A stretch of 64,000 bases of DNA. Source: Paraspadella gotoi (lineage: Eukaryota; Animalia; Chaetognatha). The notes below the pieces were generated by a model. That model did not search any database, was not told the DNA's origin, and was given only the letters and a program-made list of their open reading frames with translations. Made by a program: the position numbers and the translations under genes. Positions 28,229 through 40,600 of the stretch are shown here, piece by piece. The stretch spans positions 22,307,808 through 22,371,807 of the forward strand of contig CM119269.1 in assembly GCA_051294375.1 (NCBI GenBank), read 5' to 3'. Every line of letters starts with the position of its first letter. Position 1 is the stretch's first letter.

Positions 28229-30214
28229 TATAATTTTACTTAATGATCGAGAAATATATCAGTATATTACGCCCTCTTTGGTATTTCAATCATTGACGTA
28301 GATACTAGATATGTAGATATTAAACATTAGAATGATCTAGAAAAGAGAATAAAAGCGGCCATCAAAAAGAACATACATAGTGGTTCAGACAGACCATTGA
28401 AATCCAACATAACAAATGGATAAAACTCTACTAGTGAATATAGAAAATGGGTGATTATATTATTTAATTATTAATGTAACCATAAACCAACGTACTCTTT
28501 GTAAAAACTATGAAAATTGAGAAACTCAATCTCATTCAAAACTGACTCCCACTTACCCTTCTCGAACTTTTGCCAAGACGAATCCTGGATCGGCCCAAGA
28601 CCCGAATCGGTTGGGGTCAGTCTCGGTGAGGTCCATGGGCGGCTCGCCTCGGGTCATCCAATCCGCGAGGTACTTACCCACCCCGCCGCACTGAGCGATG
28701 CCGTAGGCGAAGCCGAGGGCGACCCAATAGTTGGGTAGTGGATGGTAAGGCCCGAGGAGGGGAAGGTGATCGGGTGAGTAGGTTATGGGGCCTGATATAA
28801 AAAAGTGGGCAGGGGGTGGGAGATGATTAATTAATCGGTTTAAATCAATCAACCAGGAAGTTAATCTGTTTAATTAGTCAATCAAAATCTAGATCTGTCA
28901 GTCAAAGACAATCGACTATTCAAATTGATCCATCAGAAATTTAAGTGAGTCAATCAAATTGAATCTATATTCACCGGCGATGACGTTCTGAATCTTTCCT
29001 TCGACCAAACAAGGAAATCTTTCCATGGCTTTTTCCAAATTTTCCTCGATTCGATCCAAATTTGGCGGGAAAAGTTCTTTGCCGAAACCGAGGGGCACGC
29101 CCACTTTGTACCAATCGTCCAAAACGCGAGTTTTGTCCGCGGTTTCGTACGGACCGACGATGAGACCCTTCCGTTCCATTCTGTCACGATGGTTTTAATT
29201 AAATTAACTAATTTTTAATTTGAAATGATTTTTAATGTAGTGAAGAAAAAATAGTTTGGTAGGGAAGTCTTGTTGGAAGAATGAATGAGGTAATGAGTGA
29301 AAGAATAAGTAAATCAATAAATTAGTTAAATAAACAAATAAATAATTGAAAGAATAAATGAGTCAATCAATCAATATATCGGTCAGTCAATCAATCAATC
29401 AACTCACCTCAACGAATAAGATCCTTCCAAATCCCTCATCACCGGAATCTCTCTTTCCAACGACTCCACATCTGCGATTGTCTGAGTCACGATGTACTGA
29501 TGATCGACGGCGGCCAACGGGAGATCGATTCCCGCCAAACGGCCGACCTCTCGACCCCAAAATCCGGCCGCGTTGACGACCCGCTTGGCGAGGAGCGTTC
29601 CCCGGGGAGTCGAGATGCTCCAAGAGCCGTTTTCGTGGAGGAGTGTTTGCAGGACGGGCGTCTTGTAGGCGGTACAAGGGGGGGGGGTTAAACAATAGTT
29701 AAGACAGAAAAACATTCTATAAAAACCGGCCAGAAAAAAGTTTAAAAAATAATGTTAAAAACAAGCCAACAAACAGGCCTGTGGGCCACAATTAAGAGAG
29801 CTAAACTTCCAGGCGGAATAACAGATGGCAAAATAGATTAATAGATAGAAATCAAAAGACAGCTTGCAATTTTATTGACAGACAGACAGTTAGTCAGACA
29901 TCTCTCCCCCAACCTGTTGATAAATCTCGACTCCCCTCATTTTCGCTCCTTTCGCCAACGACATCGTCAATGAATTTGGATCAACGTGTCCGTCGCCAGG
30001 ATTAAAGATCCCGCCGAGGATCCCTTCCGCCTCGATGATCGGGCACAACCGGACGATCTCCTCGGGAGAGACGAGTCGTTGCTCGGCCTCGTGCCAACCG
30101 TGACGCGACATCTGGTGGAGCATCTCGTCGAAGCGTTGGGGCGTTGTGGCGAGACGGACGCTGCCCGGGGAGTGGATGCCGATTTGCTGTTGGGTGGAGG
30201 TGTTGGGGGTGTAG

Positions 30215-30245
<31 letters not shown>

Positions 30246-33200
30246 CTGAATTGAAAAAACATTGAGCTTGGGTAATATCGCGTCATTATATGAAATGGGT
30301 GAAATAAACAAGATTTTTAAAAAATAAACATTAAATACATTAATTAAATAAAAAGAGAGTAAATAAGCTTTTTTGCCGCTGACTTTGCAATTACATTTAA
30401 ATTGGAACTTATTATTTTTAGGCTGTTGATCATTTATCATAAGTTATATTTTATTTCTTGTCTATCTTTATTACCTTACAAAGCCGCTCATAATCAATTC
30501 TAAAAAGGAAATATTTGTCAGAACAGTTAAAATAGTTTCAGTAAAGAAATTAAGATTTACAAAAGAGTATTTTATCTAATATCATTTACTTTTTTAGCTT
30601 ATAAAAAAATTTAATCGCCCCCCTTAAAGAAAATAGGAAAGCAAAACCCATTAACAATTTTTATTAATACTTGAAAACGTCAAAAGCCAACCCTCCCCCA
30701 GAGGGAAATGAAAAATTGAAAACCAACTCCCTTAAAAAAAGAAGAAAACCGGCCTTATTTTCCAAAATAGCCTCTTTTCAGCTAAAAATTTAAAATTAAA
30801 TTTAAAAATTAAATAAAAACATTAAAATTATTAAAAATGAATATAATAATGATTAAAGATTATGGTTAAGGATTAGTGTTAATATGAGGGATTAGTTTTT
30901 AAAGATTAGGGTTAAGAAAAATTGTTCTAGATTAAGGTTAATGATTAAGGTTTAAGATTAATTTAAATATTTTATAAAATATTAAAATTTAGCAAACAAA
31001 AAGATTATATCTAAAAAATATTAAAATGTAATATTAACAAATCAAAAAAAAATTTAAATTTAATATTAACAAATCCAAAGAAATGCGGCGCTTTCGGAAA
31101 ATAGCGCCAAAAAAACCTGTCCCGTCTCTCTCTCTATCTCTCTCCAAAAATGAATGGAGTAATGATGAATCCTTTTCATGTTGACTCCCGGGTTGAAGAA
31201 GCTGGCTGAGCCTGCTGCGTGCCAGGTGCTGCCTGAAGTCAGTTCAGTTTTCTCGAGGAGGGCAACCTGTGTGTGGAGAGTGGGAGGGGGAGAGAGGGAG
31301 AGGGAGAGAGAGAGAGAGAGAAAGGGAGAATGTTAGAAAACAGTCGATATTTTATTATCAAAAACAATGGGAACAATTTGACGCAGGTGAAATCCCACTA
31401 TCCTATCTCACTATCCCATCTCACTATCCTATTTGACTATCCCATCTCACTATCCCATCTCACTATCCCACTTACCCTTTACCTCAAATCTTACAAACGC
31501 GAATCTCACTATCCCATCTTACTATCCCATCTAACTGTCCCATATGACTATCCCATCTCACTATCCTATTTTACAATCCTATCTAACTATCCCATCTTAT
31601 TATCCCATCTCACTATCCTATATAACTATCTCATTTTACTATCCCATTTCACTATCCTATTTTACTATCCCATCTCACTATCCCATTTTACTTTCCTATT
31701 TCACTATCCTATTTTACTATCCCATCTCACTATCCCATCTTACTATCCCAATTCACTATCCATCTCACTATCCTATTTCACTATCCCATCTTACTATCCC
31801 ATCTCACTATCCATTTCACTATCCCATCTTACTATCCCATCTCACTATCCCATCTCACTATCCCATTTCACTATCCCATCTTACTATCCCATCTCACTAT
31901 CCCATCTCACTATCCCATTCACTATCCCATCTTACTATCCCATCTCACTATCCATTTCACTATCCCATATCACTATCCCATCTCTCACTATCCCATTTCA
32001 CTATCCCATCTTACTATCCCATCTCACTATCCCATCTCACTATCCCATCTTACTATCCAATCTCACTATCCCATCTCACTATCCATCTTACTATCCCATC
32101 TCACTATCCCATCTCACTATCCCATTTCACTATCCCATAATACTATCCCATCTCACTATCCCATCTTACTATCCCATCTCACTATCCCATCTCACTATTC
32201 CACATACCCCAAATCTTACAAAAGCGAATTCTGTCTTATTATATTTTCTTTGCCTATCCCGTAATTAAACTATTCAATCAAAAATTCATCAGGACAATAC
32301 AGTTTCTTTACCTCATTTAAAAAGTGAGTCATTCCTTCGCCCTCTTTAACTTACCTTCTTAACCCCCGCTTTGGCCAAATGGTAAGCGAGACTGACTCCG
32401 ACGCAGCCGCCGCCGACGACTACCACTTCGAAGTCTGAAGGAATCGAGTCGCGGCTTCCGATCCGACGGGACGGTTGAACTGGACAGGTTTTCGTTTTTA
32501 AATCATTTACATTATATAAAATGAATTAAATAAACTATTTGTTAAATATTTGAGTCTTTGATTAATTATGTAAATGAAAAAAATATTTTCAAGGTATAGG
32601 CATGTTTATTTAGTTAGGGTTAGGGTATATTTTAGTATACGTTTAATAGTTATTACGTAAAAAAAGTTTGTATTTCTTGTGTACTTATGTTATGGTAAAC
32701 TATTAATTCAATTCATCTCAATACAAAACTTAAAAGCGACTGCATATTTTATAAATTATTTTTTCTATCAATCCTTTTATAAAAATATTTTTACCTGAGA
32801 GAAACGTGAATTGTTTGACATTTTCACAATCGTTCACAAGACGTGAGACCGAAACTTTTCTGTGAACGGATGGCAGAGAGTGCTCTCTAAAGGCACGGCT
32901 AAGGGCACGACTCAAGGCAAAGCCCAAGGCACGGCTCAAGGCAGGGCTCCTTAACTGGACCCTTTGTCCGAGATTTAGCCGAATCATTTTTATCGAAGTG
33001 AAACGATCAGCGGAGTTTAACCGGACGAACGTATGAAAGGATGTCGACGAGCCGCTTCGGGTAGAAGGGGTACACCTCCCAAAGCCCGACTTGGAAAGAT
33101 TTCGAAGCGCGGATTCTATTTGTAAAACGGATCACGAGGGCACCTGGGCTCAGAGGCGAACTTAAAGCAGAACGAAAAAAAAAAGACAAAATAATTTAAT

Positions 33201-33292
33201 TTAATTACTACGAACTCGGAAAAAGTACAACATCTATAAATGCATTAACGATTTCGGTGTTTTGTTTAAAAAGAGAAAGAACATTGAACATT

Positions 33293-33353
<61 letters not shown>

Positions 33354-35907
33354 GTGAATATGAATTTTAAAACTGTTGACGTTTCAGTCAAGGATATAAC
33401 GACTTCCTTTCGCTCTCTTACCCCCCCCAAGTCCCTCTAATGCTCCAATACGGCAATACAATACAATACAATACTCTAATGCCCCTATAACTATACTATA
33501 ACTATACTATAACTATAACTATAACTATACTCTAATGCCTATAACTAACCCTTCCCATCCCTCCCCCCATTCGAATAAAGGCGCTGAAGAGCTGGACAAC
33601 GCCTCCTTCGATCTGGCGTCGCTCCGCAAACCGCGCGATCCATCGCTCGCTCTCGCCGACGAGACGCTGGTGGCTGCGCGGCGGCTGGGGCTGCCGATGC
33701 GGTTCGGCGGGAAATCGGCGGAGGAACCGGAATACGTCTTGGAGGCGGAAGTGGAACCGGAAGGTGAGGATGAGGTTTGGAAGGATTCGGCCAATCATAG
33801 ATCGAAATGGATTTAACGGAAGATTTAAAGGACAGAGTCAATTCAATTTTTACTGATGGTATCGTTAATGTTACCCCACGAAGAACTGCATTGTCATCAT
33901 AATTTACGTATTATACTTATTAAGTATAGTATTTTTTGATTTATTGAATAAACCTCGTAACGACATTTCCCCGCCAGGCGTCGACGACGTCATCCATCGT
34001 CGACTCCGCGCTGCAGCAGACGATCCCAACAGGCCGCCCTTCGACACGGTCGTCGAGTTCTTGGAGGAAGGAGAAGGCAGCGTAGCGGGTGAGGCGAGAG
34101 GAGGGGGATAGCAGCGTTGCGGGTGACGTTCAGGAAAGGGGAGGGCAGCGTAGCGGGTGAGGCAAGGGGAAGGGGCACAACAGCCAGCTTCGGCGCAGTG
34201 ATGTTCAGGAATGGCAGGGGCAGCGTAGCGGGTGAGGTGAGGGGAGGGCAGGGGATAGCAGCGTCGCGGGTGACGTTCAGGAAATGGAAGGGCAGCGTCG
34301 CGGGATTAGCGATGGCAGCGTAGCATATTAGATAGTTATTGTCCTTGTCCTTCTTGGCTTTGTCTCTCACATGGACTCTTATTTGGGTTCTTTATGACAT
34401 CCGCTTATGATCTCTTCTCCGGTGACCCACAAGAATTGACCACGCCCCTCACCACAACCTTCCCTTTCCCCACAACAGGCACACTCTCCACAGTCTCGTC
34501 CTGCGGCTTCGATGTTCCCTTCAACGTGGAGAAGTTGAGAAGTTGGGGACACAAGTTCGATCATCTCAAGGATTTGTGAGTCGAGGAGTTGGATGGGGAT
34601 TTAACGGGAGTTGCATTAAGATTTATTAGATTATTATTATTAGATTATTAGATTTAGATTAGAGTCATAATGTAAAATAAATTAACAAAGGGTTTATATT
34701 TTGTAAAATTAATAATATAATGATATTTATATTCGCAGAAAATATAGATTTATAATAGGATTTAGATTTACTTTAGGATTAACCTTTGCTTATATATTTG
34801 AATAAAGAGTTAGATTTACAATAAGATTTATCGTTGCAATGGGTTCATATTCACAATAAGATTTAAATTTAAAAAAATAATTTAGATTTACTTTAGGATT
34901 TACATTTATTATAACTCAATTTTCGGGCCACAAGATCAAAAGTATTAGCCAAAAATGTACAAATTGCATTATTATACTTAATAATAATGTTGGATAATTT
35001 TATCATTTTATCATTTTATTACATTTTCTATTTTCCATTCAGATATTTGGGAGACGTCGCCTCCAGCACCGACGAAGATCGAACGCCAGTCCGTCAACCA
35101 ACAGACCGACAAACCCGACGCCCGCTTCATCCAGACCGACAAAGACATCCAGACCGACAAAGGCCTTCAGACCGACAAAGGCCTTCAGACCGACAAAGGC
35201 ATCCAGACCGACAAAGGCCTTCAGACCGACAAAGGCATCCAGACCGACAAAGGCCTTCAGACCGACAAAGGCATCCAGACCGACTGAGACAACAAGACCT
35301 ACAGAATCATCCCTCGCTCCTGTACGAACGCACGCTCCAGTACGAGGCTCCATCCAGTGACCTGCTCCAGCACGATTCTCTTCCACGTCAGCCAATACAC
35401 AATCTTTCCATCCACTCAAGCGACCAGCTCCAACACGCATCGCTTCCACGTCAGCCAATTCACCATCCCTCCCACTCCAGCGACCAGCTCCAGCCCCAGC
35501 GTCTCGCTCCTCTAGTCAAGACTTTCTACGTGGAGCGACGAGACGACTCCAGCGACTCTGACGTCAAAAGCTTCAGCAGCGTCTCCACCGTGGCGTCGGG
35601 CGGGCGGGCAGAGCGGCGCGGGCGAAGGAGGCGGGCCGAGCCCGGATCCGACAGGGCAGAGTTGAGATGGCCGGTCGGTCGGTCTCTCTCGACGCCCTCG
35701 CCCCGAGAGGGCGGGTTGAGGGCTTCGACTCCGTCGGGCACGATGAGGGCAGCCACCCCGTCGGGCACGCTCCGGATCGTTTCGTCGACGCCTTCGCCTC
35801 TAGACGTGGCCGCTTTGGAACGGTCTGTCGATCCGAGGTGGACGAGAAGAGGGGAGACGTCGACGACGACGACGACGACGATAAAGACGACGACGATGAG
35901 ACGATGA
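15156..35907 (+). CDS. Classical cadherin A: signal peptide, 4 EC repeats, TM, classical cadherin cytoplasmic domain and long C-terminal tail (~1000 aa, 13 coding exons)
   Basis: GT-AG exons: 15156-15421, 16530-16709, 19482-19742, 21239-21394, 21673-21910, 22375-22597, 23050-23152, 23554-23694, 24016-24184, 33581-33763, 33978-34088, 34479-34575, 35043-35907. EC motifs: [52 protein letters not shown]: [29 protein letters not shown]: YCYVEEG|[14 protein letters not shown]. Beta-catenin region: [19 protein letters not shown]|TLSTVSS...[14 protein letters not shown]|Y. Exons 3 and 5 need small frameshift corrections, and the exon 4 acceptor is tentative. Confidence 0.9.
19809..19922 (-). repeat. 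~150-bp dispersed repeat family copy (reverse, partial)
   Basis: ttggttggtttaagagcctccatcactcttacaagaataatgacatagcagg...ttattcactccc is the reverse complement of the family. Confidence 0.8.
20455..21045 (+). repeat. ~32-bp intronic minisatellite (ctagagcagtcatgccctgtcaatctcaatcc)n
   Basis: About 18 tandem units with scattered single-base indels. Confidence 0.95.
22778..22938 (+). repeat. ~150-bp dispersed repeat family copy (degenerate)
   Basis: ccaggtactctgggagtgaataaacgagactgtgagagagtct...tccaaagtcagggg. Confidence 0.7.
24548..32987 (-). CDS. DMGDH: Dimethylglycine dehydrogenase, mitochondrial (11 exons, ~905 aa), nested antisense in cadherin A intron 9
   Basis: Exons (minus): 32987-32795, 32479-32355, 31266-31117, 30186-29914, 29661-29408, 29180-28975, 28791-28557, 26745-26367, 25777-25183, 25080-25003, 24777-24548. 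All junctions are GT-AG and in phase, total 2718 nt. It has an R/S/L/A-rich transit peptide, the Rossmann motif [19 protein letters not shown] and the covalent-FAD motif [11 protein letters not shown]. Further matches are [36 protein letters not shown], and the GcvT-like [16 protein letters not shown] and VTSGAFG. Confidence 0.93.
25861..26020 (-). mobile_element. tRNA-derived SINE-like element in a DMGDH intron
   Basis: Minus strand 26020-25949 reads gcggccgttggtgccggaggcaagtcattcgcctcccaacccaaaggtccggggttctagcccggtgaccgc. It has A-box-like TGGTGCCGGAGG, B-box-like GGTTCTAGCCC, a CT-CCC-AA loop and imperfect stems, followed by a ~90-nt non-tRNA body. Confidence 0.6.
27061..28133 (-). mobile_element. 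5'-truncated Penelope-like retroelement (GIY-YIG endonuclease remnant) with ~157-bp inverted terminal duplication
   Basis: Minus-strand translation [19 protein letters not shown]...[19 protein letters not shown]...(frameshift)[29 protein letters not shown]...[10 protein letters not shown]. 27061-27218 is the reverse complement of 27977-28133. (AAT)n tracts lie on both sides. Confidence 0.85.
31395..32200 (+). repeat. 14-bp minisatellite (ctatcccatctcac)n in DMGDH intron 2
   Basis: More than 50 degenerate units. This explains the spurious [10 protein letters not shown] ORFs. Confidence 0.95.
35128..35283 (+). repeat. 18-bp coding tandem repeat encoding (H/P)(P/S)DRQR hexapeptides in the cadherin A tail
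   Basis: cagaccgacaaaggcatc and cagaccgacaaaggcctt units, about 8 copies, in frame. Confidence 0.9.
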
Positions 35908-36072
35908 TGATGATGATTATGACATGATGATGATGATGGTGAAGACGACGACGATGAGACGATGATGATGATGATTATGACATGATGATGGTGATGGTAA
36001 AGACGACGACGATGAGACGATGATGATGATGATTATGACATGATGGTGATGGTGAAGACGACGACGATGATG
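35884..36072 (+). repeat. ~57-bp tandem repeat spanning the cadherin A stop and 3' UTR
   Basis: aagacgacgacgatgagacgatgatgatgatgattatgacatgatg.. occurs 3 times plus a partial copy. Confidence 0.8.
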
Positions 36073-36882
36073 ACGTCTGCAATCATGAAATAACTGAGTA
36101 AAGATGACAAAAATGATGACAAAGTTGATCATTAATTCAAGATGACAGGTTAACTCTACTACCTAATAATGATGTAAAGATGAGACGTGAGACGGCAGAG
36201 AAACGAACTGATAAGAATTGAGATGATATAACTTTGATGAGAGGAATGTCATCGTCGTCGTCGTCGTCGTCATCGTCGTCGTCGTTATCGTCGTCGTCGT
36301 TGTTGTCATTTTTGTGTCGCCGACGCTAGTTTTGTTTTCTTTAGATTTCGGAATTTGGATATTTTACTGTACGCAGTACAGTAAAGTCGCAGTTTCTTTG
36401 TTTTTTTTTAATCAAATTTAATTAGCTTGATGTCAAATCACAACCTGTTCCGTCAAATTGGTTACAACATTGTAATTAGACAATAATTTGACTTGATTCT
36501 ACTAATAATTGGAGATCACGGTACTAATTATCATGTACCCACCCAAAGTTCTGTTTCTGTATTTTGTTGCTTGTTTCGTATGTAAGCTTGTCTGTAATGC
36601 TTGATACGTCGATATCACGACGATAAACTATTAGAAAATAATAATAATAATAATAATAATAATTATCTATGAATAAATTACGGATGAATGAAAAGCTTTT
36701 AATCATTTGAATATTAGTCAGTATTAGTCAGTATTAATCAGTAAACACTAAGTTAGTTGTCTATTGTGTAATTGTCTATTGTCTAATTGTCTAATTGTCT
36801 ATTTGTCTATTGTCTATTGTCTGTTGTCTAATTGTCTATTGCCCAATTGTCTAATGTCTATTGCAAGTAAAATCCGTTAAAA

Positions 36883-37026
36883 AGACCGACCCACCACCCT
36901 TAAGACAGACCGACCACTTAAGACAGACCCACCACCCTTAAGACAGACCGACCACTTAAGACAGACCCACCACTTAAGACAGACCCACCACTTAAGACAG
37001 ACCGACCACTTAAGACAGACCGACCA
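36883..37026 (+). repeat. 18-bp minisatellite (ccacttaagacagaccga)n upstream of the pentraxin-like gene
   Basis: About 7 tandem units. Confidence 0.85.
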
Positions 37027-37220
37027 TCGGCAGGAAAAAAGAAAATTTACGTCTGTATTTAGCCAAGCACAAAAAAATGTAACATAGTAAATCGCGCGTG
37101 CTTGTAAACCGAAACCAGCAAACAGACGACAGTGAATATTTTTTTTTATTGATTCCAAAACGTGACTAGTCAGTTTTCTTCGTGTTTTTCCTCTCAGAAT
37201 CTGAGATTTCCGACCCAAAA

Positions 37221-37546
37221 ATGGCGAGAAGTATTTTAGTTATTATTTTCTTGATTTGGTTTAATTTCGGTGAGATTTTTTAAGTTTAAATGATTTCTTT
37301 TTTGACATGGATGCTTGTCGATCACTTAATCAATTAATCAATTAATTAATTTCAGTCCCAGCGAAACAAGAAATAATCGCAGAATTTTTCCAAAGAAAAA
37401 CCAACGATGAATTCGTCGATCAGCGAATAATATTATTGTAAGTTAATTATGAAAATCATGTTATATCATAATTTATTTTTGAAAAAAAGAAGTAGAAAAA
37501 AATGATATTTTTTTTGTTTTTTAGGAACAATAATAGTAAAAATAAA

Positions 37547-37636
<90 letters not shown>

Positions 37637-40600
37637 TTCTGTCCTTCAGGCGTGGATATAAGACCTTAAAGGAGAAGAATTCTGATGAATTTTCGATCTT
37701 GGGACAAACTGGACAAATTCACTTCAGAAAATATTTCGGTCCTGATGGCAAAAGTAAACAATTCCATTTCTATCAATTAGCTTATCCTTATATTTGTATC
37801 TAACAGTGATAATTTACCAAAGTTCCCCATTTTAGGTTAAATTCAGAATTAACTTTTTTTTAATTTATGTATTAGGTTAATTGGTTAAAGATAAGGGATC
37901 AGTTAGGGATTTTGATTAAGGGTTACAGATTTTAGAAAAAGGGTTAAGGATTTTGGGTTTAGGGATAAGAATAAAGATTAAGATTAAGATTAAGAAAATA
38001 AGAGTAAAGATTAAGATTAGGAAGATAAGATTAAGGATTAAGATTAACATTAACATTAAGGGGATAAGATTAAGGATTAAGATTAAGATCAAGGGGATAA
38101 AATTTAAGATTAAGATTAAGGGGTTAAGATTAAGGAATTAAGATTAAGTTGTCAGATTAAGGATTAAAATTAGATTAAGAGTTAATGATTAAGGATTAAG
38201 TCCAAGATTAAGGGATACGATTAAGGATTCCGTTTTGGGATTATGGATAGTTTTATTGTTTTAACAATCTTATTTTCAACCTACTCTTCATTTTCTTTTC
38301 ACACATGCGTCTTCTCCGATCCTCAGCCAACAACAACAACAACAACAATAATACCATCATGATTCTTCGTCCCAAACGTGTCAACTGGTCACCTCATTTC
38401 ACTTTTTCCTTCAACGTCTTTCCGCTCGACACCAACTCAACTTCCGCCGGATGCCTCTTCTCCTATGGATCGGAGGATTTTCCGGCGCCGACGGAAACGG
38501 CCGGATCGGGATCTCGAGAAAATGATGACCCATCATCGACGGGTCTCGGGTTGGTCATCGAGTCGACGAACGAGTTGAAGATCTCCGTAAAAACTACCGA
38601 AGGCAACTTCGTTTCTGGAGGGAGACTCAGAGAAAACAATTGGAATCACGTGAGAGAGAGATCGTCGGGTTTTTAACTTAGATTGGTCAATGGTCATTGG
38701 TTAATGGTCAATTGCTCAATTGGTCAATTGGTCAATGGTCAATGGTCAATTGGTCAATGCTCAATTGGTCAATGCTCAATTGGTCAATGCTCAATTGGTC
38801 AATGCTCAATTGGTCAATGGTCAATGGTCATGATTAAATGTCTTTACATTTTTATCCAGGTAATGTTTTTTCAAAGGAATAAACAAGAATTTGATCTCAT
38901 GATCAATGGAATAATTGAAAGCAGAAACAAGTTGACTTCAGGGTCGAATTTGCTGACCAATGGGCGGTTTCTTGTCGGGCGGTGTCAGGTATCGGACCTG
39001 CAAGGACGGGGAGTGGGATGTTTTAGTACCAAGTAAAATAACAAACTAATCTAATTGCCATTAATTAGGATAGACCGTAAGTAAATTTTAAAGTTTTTCT
39101 TAAAGTGCTAATTTTTGGGACCAACTTTTCCAAAGTCTTAAATTTATAGAATTAAGTTTGTTTTTTAACTTTTAAGATTAGGGTGGGCATAGGGATATGG
39201 TTAAAGTTTTGGTTAGGTATTTGGGATAGGGATTAAGGTTTAGGATTAAAGTTAGGAATTTGATTAAACATTTAAAGGAGATAAGGGTTGTATTCCATTG
39301 TAATTTTATTTATTTTTTGTTATGACTATTTAGCAAGGAGACGCCGGAGCAGAGATTTTCTTCGGTTGCATCTCGGATGTCAAGATGTGGCAGAAATATT
39401 TTGATCCGAAGAGACTGAAAAATACATTCCCAAAGGGGATAGAGGAAGAGATCAAGGCAGATGGCGTTGCAGGGGACGAGGTTTCAGCGGAGGCGATGGC
39501 GGAGACGACGACGGCTGCTGATGCTGCTGAAGGGCAGCAGCTGTGGCCTCTCAAGCCGGGTCAATTATTACTTTCTTGGCTCAATTCAATTGAAACGAAT
39601 ATCTTGAAACTTTTCGAAGAGAAAGAGTTGATACTGGAATCGCCGAAAGGAGAGATGGTCCGAGTGGGAATGATAATTGATGGTAAAGATTGTGAATAGA
39701 AGAAGACTCCCTCACAGTCCCGTTTATTCACTCCCAGAGTACCTGGCTTGACCTTTTAGTGTTTTTTTTACCTGGCGTGACTTTTTAGTGTTTTTTTTTT
39801 TTTGCGCTATATTTTGATTTGTAAGGTGCAAATAAATATAACCAAAGTGTTAACATGTCATAAGTGTTATTCTTTTTCCAGAACTTTTTTTAAACAAGGA
39901 CCCCATTTTTTTTTTATTCTTTAACCAAATTTTAATTTTAAAATTTAACTTTAATCAATCATTAACCCTAATTCATAACGCTTATTCGCTAACCTAATTC
40001 ATAAACCGTTCCCTAAACCCAAATCATTAATTAATCTTTAACCCCGGCCACTAACCACTTTAGTTCCTAATCCTACTTTAACCCTAATATCTAACCTAAT
40101 CTCAAACCCTGATATTTAACCTAAATAATAATCTAATCCTTATCCCTAACCTTTATTATTTAAACCTAAAAATTAACTTAATTATGAATAAAGGATGAAT
40201 TGGTGCTTTCTGGGAAAATAAGACCAAACGAAAGAACGAGATGAGAAACTATTAATATTAATATTTAACTAATTACATTTGATTAATATTATTAATGATT
40301 ATGTTATTTCATTAATTGGTCCAAAATTTTGATTCTATCAAAACAGGAATATCTACGGACAATTTATTTATAATTTCTATATGTACAACATAAGAAATCT
40401 AAAGTAAAATCTAATCTATTCAAATCTAATCTAAAATCGTGAACGACGACGACGACGACAACGACGACGACGACAACGACGACGATGTAGACACAGAGAC
40501 TAATCGATCGATTTTTTCTTCTTTTATTTTCTTTTTAGATTTCGGGTTCGATTGTTGCGCTTAACTTCGGAGGAGGAGAAGGCAACAGTGACGACGACGA

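Noticed and set aside
31273-32268. 331-aa [10 protein letters not shown]-repeat ORF
   Set aside because: A 14-bp minisatellite inside a DMGDH intron.
24548-32987. Sarcosine dehydrogenase or a bacterial GcvT contaminant
   Set aside because: Spliceosomal introns and a transit peptide show a host gene. Motifs such as [24 protein letters not shown] and YGFNN fit DMGDH better than SARDH.
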